Positions 29,215 to 39,026 of a stretch of 64,000 bases of DNA are shown piece by piece (position 1 is the stretch's first letter; each line of letters opens with the position of its first letter). A program made the translations under genes and the position numbers. Source of the stretch: Methanomassiliicoccales archaeon UBA280 (GTDB taxonomy: Archaea; Thermoplasmatota; Thermoplasmata; SG8-5). Under the pieces are notes generated by a model, which ran no database searches, was not told where the DNA came from, and was given only the letters and a program-made list of their open reading frames with translations. The DNA is taken from the NCBI GenBank assembly GCA_002499085.1, contig DAKD01000027.1, positions 12,324 through 76,323 on the forward strand, read 5' to 3'.

Positions 29215-30261
29215 ATGAACCGTGAGCGCGCGGTGCAGGCCGCAGGGTTCGGCTTGCTGTTCGTCATAACAGTCATCATCAATTTCTATGCGTTTGACAG
29301 GATGTGCGGCCTGCTGGGCCTGGGCGTTTTCTGGGTCTCACTGGCATATGCGGTGGTCCTGACTTGCCTGCTCGCCGCGGGGTTCCTGGTCCGAACGTCC
29401 GCGGTCAGAGGGACAAAGGCCTTGTTCGTGGCAGTTACAACCGTGTACGGTCTAGAGTTCACTGCCCTGGCCCTGCTCATTCCCTTCGACATAGTGAATC
29501 TAGTTCTCCCGCTGCCTGAAAGGGATTGCGGCGTCGGCATCATGTGCTTCGTCATCGCGGTCGCGTGCGTCTCGGCAATAAACTCGCAGATGCTCTGCGT
29601 CAGAACCCTGAGCCTGCCTTTCGCGAGGAGGCTGAGGGCTGTCCAGCTATCCGACGTCCACATAGGCGCGGTTCACGGCGCCCGCTACCTCAGGAGGGTT
29701 ATTGATGCGGTTAACCGGTTGGAGCCTGACCTGGTGCTCATCACCGGCGACATAGTTTCCGGTGCAGCAGCCCCGGAGGACAGCCGCCTCGAGGGCTTTG
29801 CCGGGCTGAAGGCCAGGACGCTCTTGGCGCCGGGGAACCACGAGTACTACGAGGGCATGGACCAGATAGAGAAAGCGCTGCCCCGGAACATCGAGATCCT
29901 GAGGGACAGGGAAGTGAGATTCGACGGGTACTCGGTTTTTGGCCTGGACTTCCTGGGGCATCAGGGCGTCAGCGGCACCCGCGAACTGGAAAGAAAATTC
30001 GACTGCCCCGTGATCGTGCTGGCCCATGTCCCGCAGTTCCTCGACCTGCCCGATGGGAGTATAATTCTCTCCGGACATTACCATGCAGGCCAGGTGTTCC
30101 CGTTCAACTTCCTCGGGCATTTGTTCATAAAATATTTCAGGGGCGTGTACAAAAAGGCTGGAGTCACGCTGCATGTATCGCCGGGCACCGCGACCTGGGG
30201 TTCCCCGATGAGGTTCGGGTCGAGGAACGAGATTACGCTGCTCGAATTGGGTCAAGAGTAG
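29215..30261 (+). CDS. membrane-bound metallophosphoesterase
   Basis: The N-terminal part has about four hydrophobic helices. The calcineurin-like motifs follow: LSDVHIG, ITGDIV, GNHEYY, GHYHAG. Confidence 0.85.
   Translation: MNRERAVQAAGFGLLFVITVIINFYAFDRMCGLLGLGVFWVSLAYAVVLTCLLAAGFLVRTSAVRGTKALFVAVTTVYGLEFTALALLIPFDIVNLVLPLPERDCGVGIMCFVIAVACVSAINSQMLCVRTLSLPFARRLRAVQLSDVHIGAVHGARYLRRVIDAVNRLEPDLVLITGDIVSGAAAPEDSRLEGFAGLKARTLLAPGNHEYYEGMDQIEKALPRNIEILRDREVRFDGYSVFGLDFLGHQGVSGTRELERKFDCPVIVLAHVPQFLDLPDGSIILSGHYHAGQVFPFNFLGHLFIKYFRGVYKKAGVTLHVSPGTATWGSPMRFGSRNEITLLELGQE
30203..30251 (+). repeat. direct repeat copy A (3' end of the phosphoesterase gene)
   Basis: This 49-bp stretch matches 30549-30597 at 47 of 49 positions, counted by eye. 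Confidence 0.85.
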
Positions 30262-30548
30262 AGATTGCCCGGCACCTGCCACACGATATCGGGTGTTGAA
30301 TCGACTATGTGCATGTATTCCGGAGATTCGACGATGGCCCGACACCAGTTTCTCGGCTGAATCAGGGCCATAAAACATAAGCTTATGCTGGCAAGCGGTG
30401 AACGCCGGAGCTGAATCGTTCCAAATGTCCCGCAGGACTTTGGATGGAAAATAAAGGCGTTCGCCATGATTGTATTTTGCATTAAGGAGTCACAATCATG
30501 AAAATGCCGGTAATCAGCAATCTGGAAGCGATGTGATTACCGGGGGCC

Positions 30549-30597
30549 CCCCGATGAGGTTCGGGTCGAGGAACGAGATAACGCTGCTGGAATTGGG
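30549..30597 (+). repeat. direct repeat copy B (orphan duplicate of the phosphoesterase 3' end)
   Basis: It would encode ..PMRFGSRNEITLLELG followed by a stop, but it has no upstream ORF. Confidence 0.85.
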
Positions 30598-30729
30598 ATA
30601 ATAGCTCAGTTCGCGAAAAGTGGATGGTTAGCTGGGACAGAGTACCGGGTCACGACCCCGGCCTCGGAATTCAGAATGAAAGCAATCAGCCAGGGCATGA
30701 TCTGGTTGGCCGTTGCGCGTGTGTGGATA

Positions 30730-33147
30730 TTATAAGTCCTTTAATCGTTCCTTGAGTTTCGATACTTCATCCTGCCTCTTTCTCCACTTCTCCTCTTTCT
30801 CTGACAGGGTGGCCTCGCGCTCATCAAGTTCCGCTATCCGGGTCTGGAATTCCGCCAGAATCTCCTCGCGCATCTCCTCGGCCATCTTCTCCAGCTTCCA
30901 TTCCTGGGCCTTGAGCTTCTCGTCCTTGGCGAGCAGTATCTTCTCGTGGTCCCTCAGGTTGCGGTCCTCCTTCTCCAGGTCCTGGCGGGCCTTGACCACT
31001 TTCGCCATCTCGGCCTTGACGTTCTCAAGCTCTGCATGCACCTTGGCCTCATGCTCCTTCAGCATGTTGCGCTGCTCAGCTATCTTCTCGGCATTTGTAT
31101 GAATGGCCTGGTTCTTTTTCTCTATGTCCTTCTCGCGCTTCGCGGCTTCCTTCTCGAAGTTCTTTCTCGAGCCTTCGAACTCCTTTCCGGCAGCGTCCAA
31201 GGCTGCCTGCCTCTCCTCCAGCTCTTCAGCTCTTTCCTCTAGGCCTTTCTCGCGCTTGTCCAGCTCGAGCTTGAGGCTGTCCAGTGCGGAGCGGTGCCTG
31301 TCGAGCTCTGCCCTGTGCTCCTTGAGGTCGGACTCTTTCGCGTCGACTTTCTCGGCTTCCTTGCGCAGCTTCTCCCGCTCCGCCTCGAGTTCTTTCCCGT
31401 GATTGGCAATGTCCTTCTCCAGGCGCTGCCTGTCCTTGGCCAATTCCTTGGCCGCGGCATCGAGTTCCGACTGTTTCGCGCTCATCTCGGATTCGGCGTC
31501 CTCGATTTCCTTCGTCCTGGTTGCCAGCAGTTCCAGCTTCTTCTCCACTTCGCGTGTCGCTTCTTCCAGCTCCTTCAGCTTGTCCTCGGCCTTCTCGCGG
31601 TCCCGCTCAAGCATGCGCCTCTCCCTGGCCATCTCCGTGTTCGCGCCCTTGGCCTCCTTCTCCATATCGGCCAGCTTGTCCATGTCCGCCTTCATCCTTT
31701 CCTCGTCCGCCGCAATCTCCCTTTCCTTCTTCTCCAGCTCCCTGGACATGTTGCGCAGGGCCTTCTTCTCCTCCTTCATGGCATTCTCGATTGCGTCCAG
31801 CTGCTGGCCCATCCTCTCCAGATCCTTCTTCTCAGATTCGATGTCTGATTTTTCATCCGCAAGCTTTTTTCTTTCCTCGGCAACCGCTTCCTTTTGCTCG
31901 GCAAGCTTGGCTTCCGAGGATTCGGCCTTCTCCCGGAGCCTGGCAAGCTCCTTCTCCCTGTCATTGAGTTTGACTGTCTGCGTGTCAAGTTCCTTCGCAA
32001 GAGCGTCCAGCCTTTTCCTCTCGGAGGCCGCGCTCTTCATCTCCGAGCCCAGCTTGGTTTCGATACCCTCCATCTCCTTCTCGCGCCTGGCAAGAAATGC
32101 CTTGGAACCGTCCAGCTCCCGTGCTGTCTGGGCCAGCGCAGTTTCCCTGGAGGCGAGGTCCTTCTCGGCCTTCTGCAGGCGGTCTTCTGTCTTGAGCAGA
32201 AGCGTCTCCTTCTGAACGTAGGATTCGATTTTTTCTTCCAGGTCCACGCGGGCGGCGTTCTGGCGCTTCGTCTCCTCCGAAATGTCGGCCCAGATGGACT
32301 CGAGCTCGGACCTCTCCCTGGCGAGAAGCTTCTCCTTCTGCTCTGCCTCGGACTCGCGCGCCCGCATGACCTCCTCTTCCTTGGCCAGGATCACTTCCTT
32401 CTTCCGAAGGCTGCGTTCCTTCTCGTCGAGGATCCTTGCGCGGTTCTCCAGATCCTCCTGCCTTGCCTGGAGGCGCATCTCCTCCACCTTGCGCTCGGCC
32501 ATGGTCACGACATCGTCCTGGCTCAGACCCTTCTTGTCGGATGCCAACTGCTTCAGCAATGCCACGCTTCCGCTCCTGAGCGCGTCCAGCTCGGACCTCA
32601 TCCTCTCTATGTCCTGGGACCGGTTCACTGCTTCGAGCTTTGCCTGCTCGAGCTCGGCCGACCTCGCATCAAGTTCATCATCGGCCTTTCTCAGAACCTG
32701 GGTCCTCATCCTTCTTTCGCCGGCTTCCCTCCTGGTCTTTTCTATCCTGATCCTTTCCTCGCCCTCGACCGCGCGCAGCACCGAGCCGATGTCTGTCTCG
32801 CCCAGTATTCCGGCCGGGTAGGGTTCCGCAACATGGGTGACTGAGATGGATGATGATTTGTACGAGTAAGAGCGTATTTCGATTATACAGTCCTCGTTCG
32901 CGGAGTCGCGCGCAATCTCGTACACGGCGCTCTCGCCCAGCAATGTCCCGTCGCTCTCGTGGATCGCGAGATAGGGCATGCCTTTCCTGGTGACAAGGTG
33001 GCCCGACGAGGCTGTGCCGTCGCGCATGAAGCTTGTCTTCAGGAGGCCGTCCAGCTTGCCCTCTCCGAGTGCCGCCAAAGCCTTCGCGAGCGAGCCCTCT
33101 CCGCCGAAAACCGTGTTCAGTATCCTTCCGCCGGGCAGATTCACCAT
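30730..33147 (-). CDS. long coiled-coil protein with a ~130-aa N-terminal globular domain
   Basis: 805 aa. After the N-terminal domain (MVNLPGGRILNTVFGGEGSLAKALAALGEGKLDGLL...) there are about 650 aa of uninterrupted E/K/R/L/A-rich heptad-like sequence. No Walker motifs are present. Confidence 0.7.
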   Translation of the reverse strand: MVNLPGGRILNTVFGGEGSLAKALAALGEGKLDGLLKTSFMRDGTASSGHLVTRKGMPYLAIHESDGTLLGESAVYEIARDSANEDCIIEIRSYSYKSSSISVTHVAEPYPAGILGETDIGSVLRAVEGEERIRIEKTRREAGERRMRTQVLRKADDELDARSAELEQAKLEAVNRSQDIERMRSELDALRSGSVALLKQLASDKKGLSQDDVVTMAERKVEEMRLQARQEDLENRARILDEKERSLRKKEVILAKEEEVMRARESEAEQKEKLLARERSELESIWADISEETKRQNAARVDLEEKIESYVQKETLLLKTEDRLQKAEKDLASRETALAQTARELDGSKAFLARREKEMEGIETKLGSEMKSAASERKRLDALAKELDTQTVKLNDREKELARLREKAESSEAKLAEQKEAVAEERKKLADEKSDIESEKKDLERMGQQLDAIENAMKEEKKALRNMSRELEKKEREIAADEERMKADMDKLADMEKEAKGANTEMARERRMLERDREKAEDKLKELEEATREVEKKLELLATRTKEIEDAESEMSAKQSELDAAAKELAKDRQRLEKDIANHGKELEAEREKLRKEAEKVDAKESDLKEHRAELDRHRSALDSLKLELDKREKGLEERAEELEERQAALDAAGKEFEGSRKNFEKEAAKREKDIEKKNQAIHTNAEKIAEQRNMLKEHEAKVHAELENVKAEMAKVVKARQDLEKEDRNLRDHEKILLAKDEKLKAQEWKLEKMAEEMREEILAEFQTRIAELDEREATLSEKEEKWRKRQDEVSKLKERLKDL

Positions 33148-33229
33148 AAACTATCGCCGCGTGGAGATGTAGATATACGATATAAAATTAGAGGAAAGGT
33201 TTATCTGAATCGCTGACAATGTGCGGCTA

Positions 33230-33781
33230 ATGCCCCTGTCACCGTTTCACCTGGGTTTTGCCTGGCCAGTTTGGATGCTGAACCGGAAGAAGCTGCATTT
33301 CATGTCCCTGAGCTTCGGCTCCATGGTGCCTGACATTGAGGTGTTGCCGCTGATGCTGCTGAACGGGGAGGGGGAGCGGGCCAGGGGCCCGATGCATTCG
33401 TTCCTGGGCGCGCTGACCTTCGACATACTGGTCGTCATGCTGATTGTCTTTTTCATTGTGCCGCCGGTCGGCCGCTGGGTAAGGAGGAATTCCAAGGAGA
33501 GATGGCATATCTTTGCAGGGGTCGACGTCACCAGAGCGCCGACAGACATCGGTTGGGCATTGCTCTCGGCACTCATAGGCACGCTGAGCCATGTCATCAT
33601 AGACGTCTTCACGCACGAGTACAATCCGATATTCTGGCCCTACTTCACTCAGCGCGAGATAAACTGTATGCCTTTTGCCGATTCGGCCCTTTCGTCCCTG
33701 GTTTTCATGGTCCCCATGGGCATCGCGGTCCTGGGCATGGCTCTGATGTACTGGACCAAACCCGCCGCGCGAAGCAAGTAA
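33230..33781 (+). CDS. DUF4184-like integral membrane protein (putative metal-dependent hydrolase fold)
   Basis: Supporting sequence: MPLSPFHLGFAWP...SFGSMVPDIE...HSFLGAL...SHVIIDVFTHE, with several hydrophobic helices. The ATG at 33230 is preferred over the GTG at 33221. Confidence 0.55.
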   Translation: MPLSPFHLGFAWPVWMLNRKKLHFMSLSFGSMVPDIEVLPLMLLNGEGERARGPMHSFLGALTFDILVVMLIVFFIVPPVGRWVRRNSKERWHIFAGVDVTRAPTDIGWALLSALIGTLSHVIIDVFTHEYNPIFWPYFTQREINCMPFADSALSSLVFMVPMGIAVLGMALMYWTKPAARSK

Positions 33782-33820
33782 CTTATAATATGCGCGCCAT
33801 ATCGCGGCCGGGAGGCATTC

Positions 33821-35011
33821 ATGGACATAGGGATTGTAGGCAAGCCGAACGTGGGAAAGTCCACGTTTTTCTCTGCGGCCACGATGGCGCCGGCCGAGAT
33901 CGCGAATTACCCGTTCACCACTGTCAAGCCTAACGTCGGCGTTGGCTATGTTCACGGCAAATGCCCCCACACGGAGTTCAAAGTCCAGTGCAACCCGAAC
34001 AATGCGCCCTGCGAGAACGGCACCAGGCTGATTCCCGTGGAACTGATTGACGTGGCCGGGCTGGTCCCGGACGCATGGCAGGGCAAGGGCCTGGGCAACA
34101 AATTTCTCGATGACCTGAGGCAGGCCAGCGCCCTCATCCATATTGTGGATGCGAGCGGCTCGACCCTTGCGGACGGCACGCCCTGCGACATTGGCGCGCA
34201 CGACCCCCTGGAGGATGTGAAATTCCTCGAGCGGGAGATTGATTACTGGTTCTTCTCCATACTGCAGAAGGACTGGAAGAAAGTGTCGAGGCAATGCTCC
34301 CAGGAAGGCAAGAACGTGGACAAGATGCTGCACGAGAGGTTCACGGGACTTGCGATTTCCGAGGGGCAGATTTCTCACGCCACAAGGAGGGCGGCTCTTG
34401 AGGGGCAAACGCATACCTGGACTGACGATGACGTTCTCAGGCTGTGCGGCCAGATCCGTCGCGCCGGAAAGCCCATGATAATCGCCGCGAACAAATGCGA
34501 CCAGGCGTCCGAGAAGAACCTTGCTGCCCTGATGGCCGTCGAGGGAGCCACAGTCATCCCGACTTCGGCTGAATACGAGCTTGCTCTCAGGAAGGCTTCC
34601 AAAGTCGGGTTGCTGGAATACATGCCCGGTGACGTGAGTTTCACCCTGAGGGAACCGTCGAAGCTGAACGACGACCAGAGAAGGGCGCTTGACAAGATTG
34701 CGGCCTTCATGGAAAAATTCGGCGGAACAGGCATACAGAGATGCCTTGAAACCGCGGCTTTCGACCTTCTGGGCCTCATTCCCGTGTACCCTGTCGAGGA
34801 CGAGAACAAGCTGACCAACAAGGAGGGGTTGGTGCTTCCCGACGTGCACCTCATGCCGCAGGGCTCGAACGCCAGGGAGCTTGCCTACAGGGTGCACACT
34901 GACCTCGGAAACAACTTCATCCGGGCGATAGACGCGCGGACAAAGCGCGTGGTCGGCCATGACTACGTGCTGAAGAAGGACGATGTCATAACTATAATCG
35001 CGAGGCGCTGA
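33821..35011 (+). CDS. OBG-family GTPase/ATPase (YchF/OLA1-like) with C-terminal TGS-like domain
   Basis: G1 motif GKPNVGKST, G3 motif DVAGLV and G4 motif NKCD, with a C-terminal ...VGHDYVLKKDDVITII. Confidence 0.85.
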   Translation: MDIGIVGKPNVGKSTFFSAATMAPAEIANYPFTTVKPNVGVGYVHGKCPHTEFKVQCNPNNAPCENGTRLIPVELIDVAGLVPDAWQGKGLGNKFLDDLRQASALIHIVDASGSTLADGTPCDIGAHDPLEDVKFLEREIDYWFFSILQKDWKKVSRQCSQEGKNVDKMLHERFTGLAISEGQISHATRRAALEGQTHTWTDDDVLRLCGQIRRAGKPMIIAANKCDQASEKNLAALMAVEGATVIPTSAEYELALRKASKVGLLEYMPGDVSFTLREPSKLNDDQRRALDKIAAFMEKFGGTGIQRCLETAAFDLLGLIPVYPVEDENKLTNKEGLVLPDVHLMPQGSNARELAYRVHTDLGNNFIRAIDARTKRVVGHDYVLKKDDVITIIARR

Positions 35012-35012
35012 G

Positions 35013-37400
35013 ATGGCGGCCTGGAACGTGCGTTTGCTGACTGCGTCATACTCGCGCGAGGAGGACGTTGTCGTCGAGCTTTACGGGCGGACGGACAAGG
35101 ACCAGTCCATCACGGTACGGTACCGCGGGTTCAAGCCCTACTTCTACCTGGTGGCGCCGCCCTCGGGCATAGTGGCCGAGCTCAAGGCCAACGCAAATGT
35201 CATTTCCATCGAGGATGTGCAACTGTTCCATGACGGCCAGGACAGGCCGTGCAAGAAAGTCACAATAAAATACCCCTGGCTGGTGCCGGATTTCAGGAAG
35301 TCCTACGGAAGCCACTGCCGCGTCTTGGCGGCGGACATCCCGTTCCATCACAGGTTCATGTACGACATGGACCTGGGCGGGTGCGTCAGGGTGACAGGGA
35401 AGAAGCTGGAGCAGGGGAAGTACACGACCGACCTTGTGGTGGAGGCGTCCTCGTTCAAGAACATCGAGCCCTTCAAACCCAGACTCAAGATTCTCAGCTT
35501 CGACCTGGAGAATTCCATAAAGACGAATGAGATCCTGACGATTTGCTGCGCTGTTTCCGGCGGCGATGCCATAACATACGAGAGCCTGGTCGGCGACGAG
35601 CGGACGATGATATCCGACTTCTTCGGGCTCATGAAGAAGCATGACCCGGACATCATCACCGGGTACAACATAGACGGTTATGACATCCCGCTGATCCTGG
35701 AAAGGGCTCAGCATCACAGGATGCATGACCTGGCAATCGGCAGGGACGGCACGGAGATTCGGGACGTGAGCGAGCGCTTCTGGCGGGCCCACGGCCGCAT
35801 CATCGCGGATGCATGGTGGAATGCCAAGAAGGAGCTTCACCCGAAGCAGGAGACGCTCAATGCCGTGTCCAAGCTTGTGCTCGGGGAGCAGAAGGACGAC
35901 GTCAACCCGCAGCAGATTGACAGGGAATGGGCTCAGGACAGGGACAAGGTCGTGAAGTACTGCGTCAAGGATGCGGAGCTCGCGCTCAAAATTCTTCAGA
36001 AGATTGCGGTTCTGGAGAAGAATATGGACCTCGCCACGGTTTCCAAACTCCCGCTGGACGATGTTTTCAACGGGCGGACATCGACTCTCATAGATTCTGT
36101 GCTCATCAGGGAGGCTGACCGCAACGGCATCGCCGTTCCGCTCACGGGCGGGTTCTCCAAGGAGGGCCAGATCGAGGGCGGCTATGTACACACGATAGAC
36201 CCGGGCCTCTATGACTGGATATGCGTGCTGGACTTCAAGTCCATGTACCCGAGCCTCATAATCGCCAAGAACATCTGCTTCACAACGCTGAGCAAGGACG
36301 GGGCCATCGTGAGCCCGGAGCCCGGCGTCCGTTACCTTGACAAGGAGACCAGGTTGGGACTCCTGCCCCAGGTTCTCGAAAGGCTGATGAAGGACAGGGA
36401 CGACACGAAGAAGAAGATGAAGGCCGCCAAGACGGCCGAGGAAAAGCAATATTACGACGGGCTGCAGGCCGCCATCAAGGTCCTGATGAATGCAGTTTAC
36501 GGCGTGTTCGCTTCCGCGTTCTACAGGTTCACCAATCCGAAGATAGGCGCCAGCATAACCGCCTTCGCCCGCGAGAACACCAAGTCCATCATCAGCCAGC
36601 TCGAGACCGAGGGCATAAGGGTGATTTACGGGGATACTGATTCGGTGTTCTTCCAGTCCAAGGGCCAGACGCTTGACGAGGCAAAGGAGCTGGGATCGGC
36701 CATCGCCAAACGATACTCAAAGGAGGGCGCAACCCTGGAATTCGAGAAGATAATCAATCCCCTGTTCAGCCATGGCGCGAAGAAGAGATACGTGGGCAAT
36801 GTCGTATGGCCCGAGCAGTACATGATTGTGCGTGGCTATGAAACCAGGAGGACTGACGCATTCGATGCCCAGTCCGACGCTCTGACCAAGGTTTTCGAGC
36901 GCATACTGGACCATGACACGGAGGGCGCAATATCGTTTGCCAGGGAAACAGTGGGCGCCATAGCCAAGGGCGAGGTGGAAGCAGCCAGACTTGTCATATC
37001 CAGGTCCTGCAAGACTGAGCAGAGCTACAAGGACCCGAACAACCAGACCACCGTCCAGACCGCAAGGAAGCTCCAGGAAATGGGTTACGAGTTCACTCCG
37101 GGCATGAAAGTCAGCTGGATAGTCACTGACGCCCGCAAGACGCCCATCGAGATCGAGCCCTTCATCAGCGGCAGGAAGTTCGAGCACAAGCCCGATTACG
37201 AATATTATGCCAGGCGGGTGGCCATGACCCTGGCCAGGGTTACCGATACCTTCGGCTGGGACGTGCAGGAACTGCTCACGGGCACGCAGCAAAAATCACT
37301 GTTCAGCTTCGACCCCTCGGAGCCTTCCAAGCCCAAGAAGAAGGAGGAGCCGAAGGTCAAGAAGACTGACAAAGAATTGACGCTGGACGACTTCTTCTGA
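35013..37400 (+). CDS. polB: family B DNA polymerase
   Basis: Exonuclease motifs ILSFDLE and YNIDGYDIPLI. Polymerase motifs DFKSMYPS, KVLMNAVYG and YGDTDSVFF. Confidence 0.95.
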   Translation: MAAWNVRLLTASYSREEDVVVELYGRTDKDQSITVRYRGFKPYFYLVAPPSGIVAELKANANVISIEDVQLFHDGQDRPCKKVTIKYPWLVPDFRKSYGSHCRVLAADIPFHHRFMYDMDLGGCVRVTGKKLEQGKYTTDLVVEASSFKNIEPFKPRLKILSFDLENSIKTNEILTICCAVSGGDAITYESLVGDERTMISDFFGLMKKHDPDIITGYNIDGYDIPLILERAQHHRMHDLAIGRDGTEIRDVSERFWRAHGRIIADAWWNAKKELHPKQETLNAVSKLVLGEQKDDVNPQQIDREWAQDRDKVVKYCVKDAELALKILQKIAVLEKNMDLATVSKLPLDDVFNGRTSTLIDSVLIREADRNGIAVPLTGGFSKEGQIEGGYVHTIDPGLYDWICVLDFKSMYPSLIIAKNICFTTLSKDGAIVSPEPGVRYLDKETRLGLLPQVLERLMKDRDDTKKKMKAAKTAEEKQYYDGLQAAIKVLMNAVYGVFASAFYRFTNPKIGASITAFARENTKSIISQLETEGIRVIYGDTDSVFFQSKGQTLDEAKELGSAIAKRYSKEGATLEFEKIINPLFSHGAKKRYVGNVVWPEQYMIVRGYETRRTDAFDAQSDALTKVFERILDHDTEGAISFARETVGAIAKGEVEAARLVISRSCKTEQSYKDPNNQTTVQTARKLQEMGYEFTPGMKVSWIVTDARKTPIEIEPFISGRKFEHKPDYEYYARRVAMTLARVTDTFGWDVQELLTGTQQKSLFSFDPSEPSKPKKKEEPKVKKTDKELTLDDFF

Positions 37401-37578
37401 AAGCATACTGCCGTAGCATGCCCCGCCTCCGCATGGGCGGGGTGCCAGATACTCGCCCCACATCTCGTGAGCGGGGCGAAACCCATTTCACGGCTCTAGC
37501 ATTGGAGCGTTTCTCTCATCCTTCGCATTGCATGTTCCCCACAGATTAACGTTTATACCAGAAGCGAAATGCAGTTTC

Positions 37579-38175
37579 ATGTTCGCGCGCGGCTCCGCAG
37601 GCATTCTCGCAGTTCCCCCGTTAGCCGCGCTTTTCCTCTGGTACCTGGGCATCTGGCCTCTGGCACTTGCCCTGTCCCTGTTCTGGCTCATCCTGCTGAT
37701 GTTCTTCCGCGACCCGGAGAGGAAGGCCGGGAAGGGCATTGTCTCGGCCGCTGACGGTGTCGTGGATTGGATCAGGGCCGATGAGAAATGGCTCGTGATT
37801 TCGGTTTTCATGAACCTGCACAATGTCCATGTCAACAGGGCGCCGCTGCCCGGTGTGGCCCTGAGGGTGACCAGGAAAGCTGGCGGGATGTGGCCCGCAT
37901 TCCTCGAGCGCTCGAAAAGGAATGCCAGGGCCGTGATGGTCTTCGACACTGCAATAGGGCATGTGCGGGTCGTGCAGATTTCAGGGGTCTTCGCCTGGCG
38001 CGTTGTTCCGTATGTCAGGAAAGGAAAAGCCGTACTGAAGGGTCGCAGAATCGGCATGATTAGGTTCGGGTCCCGTGTTAACGTTTGGCTGCCCGCTGAT
38101 AAAGTTGTGTGCAGGGTGGTGAAAGGCCAGAAAACCATTGCCGGAGTGACCACGATCGCGGAAGTGAGACCTTGA
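37579..38175 (+). CDS. psd: archaetidylserine/phosphatidylserine decarboxylase proenzyme
   Basis: Supporting motifs: FFRDPER, NLHNVHVNRAP and the self-cleavage-type site IRFGSRV. The ATG at 37579 is preferred over the TTG at 37528. Confidence 0.8.
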   Translation: MFARGSAGILAVPPLAALFLWYLGIWPLALALSLFWLILLMFFRDPERKAGKGIVSAADGVVDWIRADEKWLVISVFMNLHNVHVNRAPLPGVALRVTRKAGGMWPAFLERSKRNARAVMVFDTAIGHVRVVQISGVFAWRVVPYVRKGKAVLKGRRIGMIRFGSRVNVWLPADKVVCRVVKGQKTIAGVTTIAEVRP

Positions 38176-38972
38176 GGTGGCTGAGCAAGATAAGCTCCGC
38201 GGACCTGCTCACTCTCTTCAACGGGCTCCTGGGCATGCTGGCCATAACCTACATCCTGGACGGGAACCATGTCTTCGCTGTCATGCTGATATTCATGGCC
38301 GTGATCGTCGACGGAATGGACGGCATGGCCGCCCGCAGGTTCCGCAAGAAGCATGATTTCGGCAGGTTCCTTGATTCGATATCCGATGCTGTCTCTTTCT
38401 GCCTGGCGCCCGGCATCCTGATCTACAGCAATTATTATGACGCGGCTTTGGGCAGCGCCTGGTCCTCTTTGTCCAACGCAGTCTGCGTACTGGGCAGCGT
38501 CATGTTCGTGGGCTTCGGCCTGCTCAGGCTGGCGAGGTTTGCCGGCAAGGACTACATGTCATCCGGGTTCAGGGGGCTTCCGACTCCTGCGGCTGCCCTG
38601 CTCGTAATAATTCCCTGCATGCTCTGGGGCCACTGGGATTTCAACCCATTCTCACTGAGCTACGAACTATACCCGGTTGTGGCGTGGGTCATAATCCTGT
38701 CAATCGTCATGGTGTCCGACATCCCATATCCGAAGATAAGGGGCAGAGCCGCGCTGGCTGTCGGCACGATATTGGCAACCTGCATCCTCATCATGGGAAT
38801 GTACATCATCGAGACCGGGCTCGAGCTGCCGTTTGTCCAGGTTTTCTTTGTCATGTGGGTCCTGCTCCTCTGCTATCTCCTGGCCGGGCCCGTGTACGAG
38901 GTCACCAGGCCGGGATACGTGAAACCCGAGAAGCGCCGGAAAAGGCGGCTGAAACGCCGTCAGCCAAACTGA
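38172..38972 (+). CDS. pssA: CDP-alcohol phosphatidyltransferase (archaetidylserine synthase-like)
   Basis: It carries the signature DGMDGMAARRFRKKHDFGRFLDSISD (DGx2ARx8Gx3Dx3D) and multiple TM helices. The start is inferred as TTG 38172, overlapping the psd stop (TTGA), and is uncertain. Confidence 0.8.
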   Translation: MRWLSKISSADLLTLFNGLLGMLAITYILDGNHVFAVMLIFMAVIVDGMDGMAARRFRKKHDFGRFLDSISDAVSFCLAPGILIYSNYYDAALGSAWSSLSNAVCVLGSVMFVGFGLLRLARFAGKDYMSSGFRGLPTPAAALLVIIPCMLWGHWDFNPFSLSYELYPVVAWVIILSIVMVSDIPYPKIRGRAALAVGTILATCILIMGMYIIETGLELPFVQVFFVMWVLLLCYLLAGPVYEVTRPGYVKPEKRRKRRLKRRQPN

Positions 38973-39026
38973 GGGACGGGCGAAACCTTTTATATCCACA
39001 CCCGTTAATACACACAGGGTGAGCCA

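Noticed and set aside
30713-32844. Several long plus-strand ORFs rich in Ser/Ala/Leu/Phe (129-316 aa)
   Set aside because: They are complements of the GAG/AAG-rich codons of the 805-aa coiled-coil gene. They are low-complexity artefacts.
33239-34960. 573-aa minus-strand ORF
   Set aside because: It is antisense to the DUF4184 and GTPase genes, which both have clear motifs. It is a shadow ORF.
35046-36449. 467-aa minus-strand ORF
   Set aside because: It is antisense to polB, whose exonuclease and polymerase motifs are unambiguous.
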